NCBI GenBank assembly: GCA_038153405.1
Contig: JAYOYH010000004.1
Location: 99,626 to 163,625 of the forward strand
DNA from: Gemmatimonadota bacterium
Lineage (GTDB): Bacteria > Latescibacterota > UBA2968 > UBA8231
Reading direction: 5' to 3'
DNA length: 64,000 nt
Each line of letters begins with the position of its first letter. The first letter of the stretch is position 1. This document shows positions 50,125-59,565 of this stretch, one piece after another. Below the pieces are notes generated by a model, which worked only from the letters and a program-made list of their open reading frames with translations, did no database searches and was not told the DNA's origin. A program made the position numbers and the translations under genes.

Positions 50125-50190
50125 GACATATCTACCTAAAATTCAGACATTCTTCACTATACAGACATTAACTATCTCAATTCAGACATT
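50125..50190. promoter_or_regulatory. (CA)GACAT(T) direct-repeat array in divergent permease/AraC promoter
   Basis: GACAT at 50125, 50146, 50164, 50185; the last three are CAGACATT. Confidence 0.7.
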
Positions 50191-50194
50191 TTTT

Positions 50195-51208
50195 ATGCCA
50201 AAACTCGCAGAGCAATTGACAAAACAGTTGGGCTACTCGCCCTTACTCGACTCTGTCTTACTCCATTTCGACAAGCATATTCTACTAGCGACACCGCACG
50301 TCTTCGCACTGCCTCTAAATGACGTATTCTTCACGTGTTATTACATCCACAGCGTGCGTCATCCATCGGACCATAAATACTCGGACAACCAGCACGCCGA
50401 TGCCGTTGAAATACACCACTGTATAGAGGGAAAATACGAAATCGAAACGGACGGGCAGCCGCCACTGACCTTGCTGCCCGGCGACGGCGCACTCATCGTG
50501 CCCGGACTCGTGCATCGGTCGCACTGTATCGAGCGGGGAGTTCGACTGACGGCGAGGGCGGGAATCAACGGTCCGGACTCGGCGACCTTCACGCGCGCGC
50601 TGAGCGCGCAGGCCAACGGCCAGTTATTGAAGTTTGACGGCCGGCCGCTGGAAGCGACCATCGCCCAGATGTTTCGCACACTGCTCGACGAGGCACCCAA
50701 CCCGTGGAGATACGAGGTCACCGGCAGCCTGATTCGCGTATGGCTGGGCACCGTGCTGGCCACCCAACTCGACCTGAGCGAACACGCCCCCGAGTCGACG
50801 GCGGCAGGCGTCGAAGTGGGCAAGCGGGGCAACGCCCTATGCGAGCGCGCCAGCGCCTTTATATACGCCAACTTTCAGCGCTCGCTCAGCATCGAGGAGA
50901 TCGCCGACCACACCGGTATCACCCCGCGCCACCTCAATCGCCTGTTTAAGAAATACGTCGGCATCAGCGCGGGCCATATACTGCGCGACGTGCGCCTAAC
51001 AGACGCCTTTCGCATTCTCAGCGAAACGCCCAAACCGAGCATTAAAGAAGTGGCCTATCGCACGGGCTTTTCCAGCCCCAGCTACTTCACGCAGTGCTTT
51101 AAGCAGCAGTATGGAATCCTGCCGACCGAAGTGCACCTGCGTCTGGCCAAGCCCCTTGAAGACGCGCAAAAACTCATCGACGCATCGTCCGACACTAGGT
51201 CGACCTAA
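50195..51208 (+). CDS. AraC family transcriptional regulator with cupin sensor domain
   Basis: HADAVEIH..PGLVH cupin; SIEEIA..RHLNRLFK, SIKEVAYRTGFSSPSYFTQCFK..GILP; start set to ATG 50195. Confidence 0.93.
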   Translation: MPKLAEQLTKQLGYSPLLDSVLLHFDKHILLATPHVFALPLNDVFFTCYYIHSVRHPSDHKYSDNQHADAVEIHHCIEGKYEIETDGQPPLTLLPGDGALIVPGLVHRSHCIERGVRLTARAGINGPDSATFTRALSAQANGQLLKFDGRPLEATIAQMFRTLLDEAPNPWRYEVTGSLIRVWLGTVLATQLDLSEHAPESTAAGVEVGKRGNALCERASAFIYANFQRSLSIEEIADHTGITPRHLNRLFKKYVGISAGHILRDVRLTDAFRILSETPKPSIKEVAYRTGFSSPSYFTQCFKQQYGILPTEVHLRLAKPLEDAQKLIDASSDTRST

Positions 51209-51209
51209 C

Positions 51210-52862
51210 TCACTTTAACAGCTGCATCTTTTCTATAGCTACGCGGTCGCGCCAGACCAGCTCGGCAAAGTAGGTGCCCGCAGCGACGGGTGCACCGCCC
51301 TCGTCGCGCCCGTTCCAAACGACTTCGTGCGCCCCGCCCTCTAGCCTGCTCTGCACCAGCGCGCGCACCCGCTGTCCCTGCGCGTTGTAAATCGTCAGTA
51401 CCGCTCCATCGGCCGCCGGCAGGCGATAGCGAATAACGGTCTCGGCGTTAAACGGGTTGGGATAGTTGCCGACCAGCCCGAAGTCGGTCGGCATCCCCTC
51501 GCTATCTCGCACCGCCGTATCGGTGCGGCGCGGCGGCAGCGATATTTCCCACAGGCGTCCGTTCGACGCGTACTCCAACACGTAGATCTTGTTGCCGCGC
51601 ATAACCGCATCGACCGGACTGGTAAAGCCCTGCACCAAGCGCGTCACCCGCATGCTGTAGCGCTGCCCATCGGCCTCTTTGCGCAGGTCGAGGTGCAGCA
51701 GATCTTCGCCGGGATCGCCGAAGGGAGCGTATTTGCGCAGATCGGCATCGTTTTGACTCAGGCAAAAACCGTCGCCTCTAAACGGATCGGCCAACGCCAG
51801 TTCGCCGTCAAAAACTAGCCCCAGCGGCGAGCTGTGTGGCGTGAAAGAGCTGATGGTTACCCCCTCGTCGCTCGAATCTTTAATGAACCCATCCACCGGA
51901 TCTCTGAATTTGTCCGCATCGGGACCGAAGTTGACTACCGGGTCGGTAAACACCACACCATCCGGCGGCGGCGGAAAGTCGGGATCGTTGTAAAAGGTCC
52001 GCTCCATATTGATCCCTTCGACCAAAAGCGGATCGGACTCAGGCGGATCAAAATCGGCAAAGCGCTGCGGGTTGTCGTAGGCCCCTATGCGCCAGGGAAA
52101 GCCGTAGTGATGCCCCTCGCGAATCCAGTTTAACTCCTCGGGATTATCGCGCGTATCGGAATTCTCGGCGGCGAATAAATCGCCGTTGGGCGCAAAGGCC
52201 AGATCAAAGCTATTGCGCACCCCGTCGGCGTATAGGAAGGGGCGCAACCCCTCCTCGTCGTCGGGCAAGAGCACGTTCTCCGCGTCGATCGGCAGGCGGA
52301 ATATCGCCGAGGTAATCGGATGCTCGCGGCCGCTGTTTTGCTCTTCGCCGTGATCGGTGCGCGAACCGCTGTTGACAAAGAGAAAGCGGCCGTCGGGTGA
52401 AACTTCAATGGCATTGAACTTGTGGTCGCGCCCCGTGCTCTCCGGATAGGGCGCGCTCTCGGCCACCGTCGTCCACACGCGCTGATCGCCGACCGGCACG
52501 CCCTTCCTAACGATGCCGATATTGTTGCCATCGCGCGTTGGGTTGCCGACCAGATAGAACGTGCCGTCGGGACCAATGGCAAAGCCCGTGGCCACGCGAA
52601 TGCCGTGGTCGGGCCAAGCGTAGAGTCGTTCGCTGGTGCCGGCCATCACGTCGACTGAGTAAATCAATCCGTTGACTCCCAGATAGTACATCTCGCCGGT
52701 CACGGGATGTTTGGCGATGCGTATAAAGTTTTCGCCCACGCTCATCACTTGGCGCACTTCAATACCCGGTTGCACGACCTGCGGCTGCGACTGCGCATGC
52801 GCGCTATGCGCCCATACAATGCCACACAAACTCAACAACACCCAGCGCAGAAATCCCTTCAT
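51210..52862 (-). CDS. Secreted glucose/sorbosone dehydrogenase-like beta-propeller with T9SS/FlgD-like CTD
   Basis: YADGVRNSFDLAF, EELNWI..HYGFPW, HSSPLGL; NYPNPFNA..WNGRD..GTYF..KMQLLK. Confidence 0.8.
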   Translation of the reverse strand: MKGFLRWVLLSLCGIVWAHSAHAQSQPQVVQPGIEVRQVMSVGENFIRIAKHPVTGEMYYLGVNGLIYSVDVMAGTSERLYAWPDHGIRVATGFAIGPDGTFYLVGNPTRDGNNIGIVRKGVPVGDQRVWTTVAESAPYPESTGRDHKFNAIEVSPDGRFLFVNSGSRTDHGEEQNSGREHPITSAIFRLPIDAENVLLPDDEEGLRPFLYADGVRNSFDLAFAPNGDLFAAENSDTRDNPEELNWIREGHHYGFPWRIGAYDNPQRFADFDPPESDPLLVEGINMERTFYNDPDFPPPPDGVVFTDPVVNFGPDADKFRDPVDGFIKDSSDEGVTISSFTPHSSPLGLVFDGELALADPFRGDGFCLSQNDADLRKYAPFGDPGEDLLHLDLRKEADGQRYSMRVTRLVQGFTSPVDAVMRGNKIYVLEYASNGRLWEISLPPRRTDTAVRDSEGMPTDFGLVGNYPNPFNAETVIRYRLPAADGAVLTIYNAQGQRVRALVQSRLEGGAHEVVWNGRDEGGAPVAAGTYFAELVWRDRVAIEKMQLLK

Positions 52863-52872
52863 CGTTGGCTCC

Positions 52873-54789
52873 TCACTTTGCCAAAATCATTTTGCGCGTG
52901 CGGACGAATTCCGCCGTCTGCAATCGATAAAAATAGACTCCGGTGGCGCGATCGCGCGCATCCCACGCCGATTCGTGCGCGCCCGCCAGCAGCAGTTGAT
53001 CTTCCAGCACCGCGTCGAGGCGGCGTCCCAGCACGTCGAATACTTCGAGCGTTACGCGCTGTGCTGCGGGCAGGACAAAGCGCATCTGCGTGCGCGCGTT
53101 AAACGGGTTGGGATAATTGTCCAACGCGATGTGCAGCGGCTTCCCACCGCGCTCTTCGACGGCCGTCGGCGCTCGATCAACGAGGCGAGAAGGCACGTCC
53201 ACGGCCGCATCGAGCGCGTGCACATAGGCATAGGGCACGTCCAGCGTGCACGGCGGCGCGTCGACATACTGGCTGTCGCCGAAGTGGTTGCCCAGCAGCT
53301 GCACGCCGCCCAGCACGGGCGTAAAGTCCATCACCACCGCCTTGCGCACGCCCTCGAAGTAGTTGTTTTCCACCCGCACGCAGGCGCCCATGCGCGCGTT
53401 GATCGCCGTATCGCTGTCGAGATAGTAATTGTTGAAAATGTGCGCCTTGCCAAAGCGAATACTCGGCAGGCGCGAATTGCAGTTGCTAAAGACGTTGTGG
53501 TGATAGGTCACGCGAATGACCGAATCGGCCACCGCCTGATCGCCGGAGCTGATCAAGCTCGCTTTAAAGTGATCGTGGAAGTGCGTTCGCGAAATCGTTA
53601 TAAACGACGATTCGTTCTTAATATCGAGCAGACCGTCGTAGAAATCCTTGTCGTGCTGCCGATCGGAATACAGTTCGCAGCCGTCGATCCAGATATTCTG
53701 CGAGCGGTTGTTGATTTCGATGGCGTCCTGCGGCGTTACGTGCGATATCTGCACATTGCGCACGATGACGTTGCGCGCCGCGTTAATCTGCAAACCAATG
53801 CCCTTTAAGTGCGCCTGCCCCCCCAAGCCGAGCAGCGTTTTATGCGATGCAATATCGATTTCCGTCGCCGCTGAAAACTGCCCTGAGAAAGTCACGACGC
53901 GCGGTTCGTCGCCCTGTAGTAGTGCGCGCAGTTCCTCTATACTGTGCGCCTCGACCGTGTCGCCCAGCGATCCACCCGTAACCCAATACGGCGTGCCGCG
54001 GTCGTCCTGAACGGAGGCATAGCCGATTAGGCGCGGATCGGCACGCGTGCCCTCGGGCAAGAAAATCGCCTCGGCCACCGTGCTCTTTGCCATGGCAAAC
54101 GCATGCACGGCTTCTGCACCCGGCGCATCGCCCGACCAACTCTGAAAGAAATAGCCGGGGCGCGGCTGGGCGCGCACCGTCACCAGCGTGCCCTCGTCGT
54201 AGTAGTCTAAAACGGGTTCATAGGAAACGGTGCCACCGCGCTCGTCGTTGGACACGACCGTCAGCACGTAAGACGGCACGCAGGCGACGACCTCAACCCC
54301 CGCACCGACGACTTTCAAATAGTCGATATTGACCAAACCGGACGGTTCGAGCGCTTCGAGGCGAATGGAGTTATAGCCGCTGGCCAGTTCCACCCACAGC
54401 GTATCGCGCTCGCGCCAGTTCGTCCACTTGCCCGTATGCGGAAAGAGCACGCTGTCGCGCGCGGTGGTGCCGTTGATCACTAGGCGTGCGGCGCGTTGGC
54501 GAATATCTCCGCCGTTGCCATAGCGCCAGACCAGTGCGGCCGGTCCAGATTGGCCTGCCTGCACGCTCCAACTAACGCTGTAGCCCGCGCCGATGTCGGT
54601 ATCGGCATACCCGCTGCCCGTATAGCCTTCAACGCTGGTCATAATGGAGCCGTCTACCGCACAAAAACCGGTGGCACCTTCCTCGATGACCACCTCCTCT
54701 GCCGCGGCCTGCGCCGCAGCCATACCCCCAATAAACGCACACGCCCAATGCATCAATAACCGCAGTGCACAACAGCCATTACCTTGCAA
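52873..54789 (-). CDS. Pectate lyase PL1 with N-terminal CBM35-like module and T9SS type A-like CTD
   Basis: GYTGSGYAD..RYGNG..TGKWTNW..NIDYL; NVIVRN, IWID, DGLLD, RLPSIRFG; NYPNPFNA..GVYFYRL; start approximate. Confidence 0.9.
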   Translation of the reverse strand: MQGNGCCALRLLMHWACAFIGGMAAAQAAAEEVVIEEGATGFCAVDGSIMTSVEGYTGSGYADTDIGAGYSVSWSVQAGQSGPAALVWRYGNGGDIRQRAARLVINGTTARDSVLFPHTGKWTNWRERDTLWVELASGYNSIRLEALEPSGLVNIDYLKVVGAGVEVVACVPSYVLTVVSNDERGGTVSYEPVLDYYDEGTLVTVRAQPRPGYFFQSWSGDAPGAEAVHAFAMAKSTVAEAIFLPEGTRADPRLIGYASVQDDRGTPYWVTGGSLGDTVEAHSIEELRALLQGDEPRVVTFSGQFSAATEIDIASHKTLLGLGGQAHLKGIGLQINAARNVIVRNVQISHVTPQDAIEINNRSQNIWIDGCELYSDRQHDKDFYDGLLDIKNESSFITISRTHFHDHFKASLISSGDQAVADSVIRVTYHHNVFSNCNSRLPSIRFGKAHIFNNYYLDSDTAINARMGACVRVENNYFEGVRKAVVMDFTPVLGGVQLLGNHFGDSQYVDAPPCTLDVPYAYVHALDAAVDVPSRLVDRAPTAVEERGGKPLHIALDNYPNPFNARTQMRFVLPAAQRVTLEVFDVLGRRLDAVLEDQLLLAGAHESAWDARDRATGVYFYRLQTAEFVRTRKMILAK

Positions 54790-54931
54790 ATGCTCGATCC
54801 ATCCCGTAGTATGTTTTGATTGCTTTCCCAGCCGAACTATCCCGTCTGCGATCGCACCAAATTATAGAAGATGCCCCTTAAAACATTCTGGGCAGACCCG
54901 ATTGCCGTCAAGGAAAATTAGGATTTACCTC

Positions 54932-56032
54932 GTGTTCGCGTGCCGACTTGGCCTCTTTGTGCTGCTCCTATTGCACGGCGTGAGCACCCCTCAGCACGCC
55001 GGTGCCCCCATCGGCTGGAACGAGGCCCAGCGCCAGCCGGGCGAATGGTATGCAAGCGGCGAAGCTGCGCGCATTGCCGACAACGTATTGCTCTACCAAT
55101 ATCCCAACGGCGGCTGGCCGAAAAACGTCGATTTAACCCGCCACATCGACCCGGTTGAACGGACGCGCATCCGCCGCGCGATCGAGGAAGAGGATCCGCG
55201 GCGCTTTCCAACGACCATCGACAACGGCGCCGCACACCGGCCGGCGCGCTATCTGGCCCGCGTCTATGCGCAAACGCGCTCCGAACGCGCCGGTCGCGGC
55301 TTTATCCGCGCACTCGACTATCTCCTAGAAGCACAGTACGAAAACGGCGGCTGGCCGCAGTTTTATCCGCTGCGCTCCGGCTACCACGACCACATCACCT
55401 TTAACGACGGCGCAATGATCGGCGTCATGCGCCTGCTGCGCGACGTGGCACGCGGCCACGATCCCTACGCTTTCGTCGACTCTGTGCACCGCGCAGACGC
55501 ACAGCGGGCCGTCGATCGAGGTTTGGAAGTCATCCTCGCAGCGCAGGTCCACATCGACGGCACACCGACGGTTTGGTGCGCCCAGCACGACCGCTACGAC
55601 CTGCGCCCGCGCCAGGCGCGCTCCTATGAATACCCATCGCTGAGCGGCTGGGAAAGCGTCGAAATAACGCGCTATTTAATGGAGGAAGAACGGCAAACAC
55701 CACGCGTGCGAGATGCAATTGAGTGGGCCGTTGCGTGGTATGCGCAGTCTAAAATCGAGGGCATCGCCGTTGTCGAACAGCCAGATTCATCGCTGCCGGC
55801 CAGATTTGACGTCTTTGTCGTTGAAGACCCATCGGCACCGCCCCTGTGGGCGCGCTTTTACGACCTCGACACCCAGCGACCGATCTTTGCCGACCGCGAT
55901 GGCACCCTGCACGCCGATTTCGGCGATATGGAGTACGAGCGCCGCGTTGGCTATCGCTGGCTGGGGACTTGGCCCCAGCGCCTGTTGGACCGCGACTATC
56001 CGCAGTGGCGCGCGCGGCTAGGTGCGCAATAG
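54932..56032 (+). CDS. Pectate lyase PL10 (PelA/Pel-15E-like)
   Basis: NGGWPKN, TIDNGA, QYENGGWPQFYP, ITFNDGAM, WCAQH, ARSYE, WARFYD, ERRVGY; start set to GTG 54932. Confidence 0.93.
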   Translation: MFACRLGLFVLLLLHGVSTPQHAGAPIGWNEAQRQPGEWYASGEAARIADNVLLYQYPNGGWPKNVDLTRHIDPVERTRIRRAIEEEDPRRFPTTIDNGAAHRPARYLARVYAQTRSERAGRGFIRALDYLLEAQYENGGWPQFYPLRSGYHDHITFNDGAMIGVMRLLRDVARGHDPYAFVDSVHRADAQRAVDRGLEVILAAQVHIDGTPTVWCAQHDRYDLRPRQARSYEYPSLSGWESVEITRYLMEEERQTPRVRDAIEWAVAWYAQSKIEGIAVVEQPDSSLPARFDVFVVEDPSAPPLWARFYDLDTQRPIFADRDGTLHADFGDMEYERRVGYRWLGTWPQRLLDRDYPQWRARLGAQ

Positions 56033-56039
56033 CAGTGCA

Positions 56040-58031
56040 TCAGTACACCCGGACTCGGTGTCCGACGACGCCCGTCACGCCATCGATGAGCAACCAGATG
56101 CCCCCGCAGACAATTTGTCCCAGCGCCAGCCCCATGAAGAAGTACTTGCTCTTTTCGTAGCTCTTGATGCCCCCTAAGCGCAAGATCGCCAATTTAAGCA
56201 TCCACGCCACGCATACCGAAAACCAAATCGTATCCATCACCCACCCCATGCTGGTAACGAATCCCAGCGGGTGAAAGGGCCAGCCGTAAAAGCGCTGGCG
56301 CGCGTACATCAACGCCGCCATTAACGCAGCGCCCAATCCCATCCACAGCCACCCGTCCACACCAGGCGCCGTCTGATCGGACAGCTGGCGCATGGCAAAG
56401 GTCGCCGGTTCAACGGCAAAGTTGCTGAAATACTGCGCGTGGAGATTGACCGCTCCGTAGCGATAGGCCAGATACAGCGTAAACCACACGGACGCGATGA
56501 GGCTAATCGCCATCGCCATGCCTAAGGCGCCCAGCAAGCGACGCGGCTTCTGCATGCCCTCGGTACTCAAGCGCAATATATTGGCCAGCGGCGCCGCCAT
56601 AAAGACCAGCATATCGCCAATCCACACCAGCGTATAGCTGGTGGCGACAAGGCCGGTCGCTCCCAAAGCCGGCATGCCGATGCACGAAACCGTCAGGGCA
56701 GCAGGCACCATACCGGGTGTAATCGTCGGCAACCCCGCCTCGGCGACCACGCGCGCTAGGCCAATAAAAATCACCATGCTGCTGACCAGCACAAAGGGCA
56801 CGACCCAGGCGGGCATACCGGACAGCCACAGCCAGGTGCCCATCAGACTCAGCCCGCCCACAGCGCCGAGCACCGCCGTGCGATACGACATAATTTCGTC
56901 GACGTCGCTCGCCGTTCCGCGCCCCCAGGCGCGCAGCAGCACGTCGCGTATGTGGCCGCGTCCGGTCCACAGCCCGTATCCGACTAGCACCAGAAGCGCA
57001 CCCATCATCTGGTGGCCCATGCCCGGCTCGCTCCACTGACCCAGCGTGCGCTCGGGACTGCTCATGCCCATCAGCACTAGGGTGCGTTCCTGCAGCACAT
57101 GCACTAAGTAGAAAAACCACACGCTCAGCGATATCTTCGCATTGATGAGGTAGGTGAAGCCGAGAATGAGGAAATTGATCCACAGCCTCAGCGAAACCGT
57201 CCCGTCAAAAATGGGCCAGCGCCATTGCAGCGAAATCGTCGGAAAGGCCGGATCGTAGTGGTGTAGCGCATTGAGGCTGTTGAAGAAAAAGGGGATGGCA
57301 AGGCCCACCCACATAAAGGGGTTGCGAAAAAATGGCTTGAGCAGCTCCGCGGCGCGATTGGACTCCATCATCGCCAAGGGGATCTGCGCCAGTGGATAGG
57401 CCAGGCGTTCGTTGTCGCTCCACTGGCGCCGCAGAATGGCCAGCAGCGAGATAAGCGTCAGATACAGGGCCGCGTAAAAAACCAGCCAGTGCGATAACGG
57501 CCCAATCCAAACATCCCAAGGGATTTGTGGGTTTGCTCCGATCCCCTCGTAAAATGCAGCAATTGCCCCGCTGTCTTTGACGAGCAAATGCTCGGGCTCA
57601 AAGGGGCGCAACGCTTCATCCCAGCCGTTTTCGGGCGTGGCGTAATAGGCCGAACCCGTTATCATCGGCAGCAGCAGTCCGGTGACGCCGCGCGTGGGGA
57701 TGGCCGTCGCCACGGCCATCATCGAGAAGATGGTCAGCAGCTCGCCCCAGGTGAAGGCCCACCCGCGCTTGAGCTTGCCCAAGAGCACGTGCAGCGTGAT
57801 CAACAGCATAAAAAAGAGGAAGAAGGCAGCCGGCGTCGACGAACTCAGCCCGAGCCGCGTCCCTTGGATAACCATGCCGCCGTAGGGCACGCCGACGGCG
57901 ATGATCGCACACAGGACGGCGCCAACGCCGATGCCGCGCCAAGTGATCGTGCCGTCGCCGCGCACGTTCTCTCTGGCGCTGTCGCGCTCGTTGAGATACT
58001 GCCTGAAATAGGCTGGAATGGCCTTCCGCAC
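56040..58031 (-). CDS. DUF6785/DUF6784-like polytopic membrane protein, paralog 2
   Basis: Shares GTRLGLSSSTPAAFFL, PTRG, YYATPENGW, RRQW.DNERL.YPL, WP.HP.G with 48061-50049; GTG 58031 after GAGGAG. Confidence 0.75.
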   Translation of the reverse strand: MRKAIPAYFRQYLNERDSARENVRGDGTITWRGIGVGAVLCAIIAVGVPYGGMVIQGTRLGLSSSTPAAFFLFFMLLITLHVLLGKLKRGWAFTWGELLTIFSMMAVATAIPTRGVTGLLLPMITGSAYYATPENGWDEALRPFEPEHLLVKDSGAIAAFYEGIGANPQIPWDVWIGPLSHWLVFYAALYLTLISLLAILRRQWSDNERLAYPLAQIPLAMMESNRAAELLKPFFRNPFMWVGLAIPFFFNSLNALHHYDPAFPTISLQWRWPIFDGTVSLRLWINFLILGFTYLINAKISLSVWFFYLVHVLQERTLVLMGMSSPERTLGQWSEPGMGHQMMGALLVLVGYGLWTGRGHIRDVLLRAWGRGTASDVDEIMSYRTAVLGAVGGLSLMGTWLWLSGMPAWVVPFVLVSSMVIFIGLARVVAEAGLPTITPGMVPAALTVSCIGMPALGATGLVATSYTLVWIGDMLVFMAAPLANILRLSTEGMQKPRRLLGALGMAMAISLIASVWFTLYLAYRYGAVNLHAQYFSNFAVEPATFAMRQLSDQTAPGVDGWLWMGLGAALMAALMYARQRFYGWPFHPLGFVTSMGWVMDTIWFSVCVAWMLKLAILRLGGIKSYEKSKYFFMGLALGQIVCGGIWLLIDGVTGVVGHRVRVY

Positions 58032-58538
58032 GGGCTGCGCTCCTCGTCCCAGCGTTCTTGAGGTTGGTAAAATGCAGTGCTGCTTCTTCAGCGACCGCAT
58101 CTCGCTGCGAGATCGGCCAAGAGATTAAGAACCGCCGCAATGCAAAGCGATGCAAGAGAGAACGCGCAAAAACAGCCGTTGTGCGCTCGTGGCAGGTCAT
58201 CTTCATGGGACGTCGCGCCCCAGGGCATGGAGCGCCTGTAGGGCGCGCGCGGACAGGGCGCCGCGCGCCGCGGCAAAACCGTGGCGGCTGACGATCAAAA
58301 CCGTCGCGCCTAGTGGAACGCGCTCTGTCATATACAATCCTCCTTGCCAAGCACCTGAGCAGAATGAGCGTGGCACGACCTTAAATACAACTTGCACTCG
58401 ACAGCAACGCAATATGCCATTTCACGCGCACATTTCTCCACTTTTCAATAAAAACGCTATCGAATTGCCCCTTGATGCCCATCGCTCAACCCTATGTTTG
58501 GACCATCTGATTTTCCACATACCCAGCGCGAGGAATAT

Positions 58539-58880
58539 ATGCGAATCCATCTCGTCGAATGGCGTGCACGGGGATCAAACGAGCGGATTGCATTTGCCCG
58601 TTACGTAGATCATCTGCGCCGGTGCTCTGCAGGTAGCGGCGAGTGCCCCACCTTGGTGCGCAGCGTTCACAGCATCGCGCACCTGCGGGGATCCTGCCTG
58701 TGGGCGACGGATACCCTCACTCCGCTCTTTAAAGAGCTCCGCCGCTGGCACAGCCACATCGCATACCAAATCTCGCCGTGTTTCCAACCGGAAAATCAGC
58801 TCCAACAGATGGCACGTGCCATCCCCTTGGTGGCAGGACCGGCCTGCCTACACCTCACGTGCGATTGGAGCACATCCTGA
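58539..58880 (+). CDS. Divergent DUF3303-like small protein
   Basis: ATG 58539 after GAGGA; HSIAHLRGSCLWATD..W..ISPC aligns with HDVSGLRGTSIWETD..W..ITPC of the next gene. Confidence 0.65.
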   Translation: MRIHLVEWRARGSNERIAFARYVDHLRRCSAGSGECPTLVRSVHSIAHLRGSCLWATDTLTPLFKELRRWHSHIAYQISPCFQPENQLQQMARAIPLVAGPACLHLTCDWSTS

Positions 58881-58893
58881 AAGGAGCGCTGTC

Positions 58894-59190
58894 ATGCTGT
58901 ATAGAGCCGATTGGAGTATGCCCAACAATACGCATCGAAACGATATCTTTTCTCGCTTTATCGAGAGCGGCGAAAACCCCATCTACCAACTGCCGGACGG
59001 CCTCGCCATGCTCGGTCGCTGGCACGACGTAAGCGGCCTGCGCGGAACGAGTATCTGGGAGACAGATGACGTCGAACTGCTGATGCAGTGGATGCAGCAC
59101 TGGAACGACAAATTGCAGATTGACATCACCCCGTGCGTAGACGACGAAGCCGCCGCGCGCATCGTTAGCAACGCGCTGCAGCTATCCTAG
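58894..59190 (+). CDS. DUF3303 family protein
   Basis: AAGGAG RBS; PDGLAMLGRWH, ETDD..L..W..W, ITPCVDD. Confidence 0.8.
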   Translation: MLYRADWSMPNNTHRNDIFSRFIESGENPIYQLPDGLAMLGRWHDVSGLRGTSIWETDDVELLMQWMQHWNDKLQIDITPCVDDEAAARIVSNALQLS

Positions 59191-59214
59191 CGCAGCGGAA
59201 AATGGAGCATCAAT

Positions 59215-59535
59215 ATGGCGATCATGGAACGTTGGATTCACCAACTGAGAGACCACACCGCGTGGGATGAAATCATGGTCCACGAGAAAAAGTGGATCGA
59301 GATCGAACAGGGGTTGGGAGGTTTCCCGCACAAGCGCTACTACCAACCCCTGGCCGGCAGCGAGGATTCACTCAAATTCATTTGGGAAAGAGAGTGGGAT
59401 AGCATGTCGAGCATGGAGCAACACTACGCACAGTTGATGGAAGCCGAGAAGCCCGCCGAACTCGGCGAAAAAACCGCCCAACTAGCCGTATGTATCCGGC
59501 GAGAGCTGTTCTTTGTTCGAACGCTAGCGGAATAG
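59215..59535 (+). CDS. Hypothetical protein, possibly NIPSNAP/ferredoxin-like fold
   Basis: GGAG RBS; FIWEREWDSMSSME pattern; co-oriented with neighbours. Confidence 0.6.
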   Translation: MAIMERWIHQLRDHTAWDEIMVHEKKWIEIEQGLGGFPHKRYYQPLAGSEDSLKFIWEREWDSMSSMEQHYAQLMEAEKPAELGEKTAQLAVCIRRELFFVRTLAE

Positions 59536-59565
59536 AAAGACCCATTTAAAAACCGGAGATAACCG

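Noticed and set aside
50123..50194. N-terminal extension of AraC with IQTF repeats
   Set aside because: It is the translation of the CAGACATT DNA repeat array; ATG 50195 is the more plausible start.
58371..58395. TGGCAC...TTGC as a sigma-54 promoter
   Set aside because: The GG and GC elements are not at the required -24/-12 spacing.
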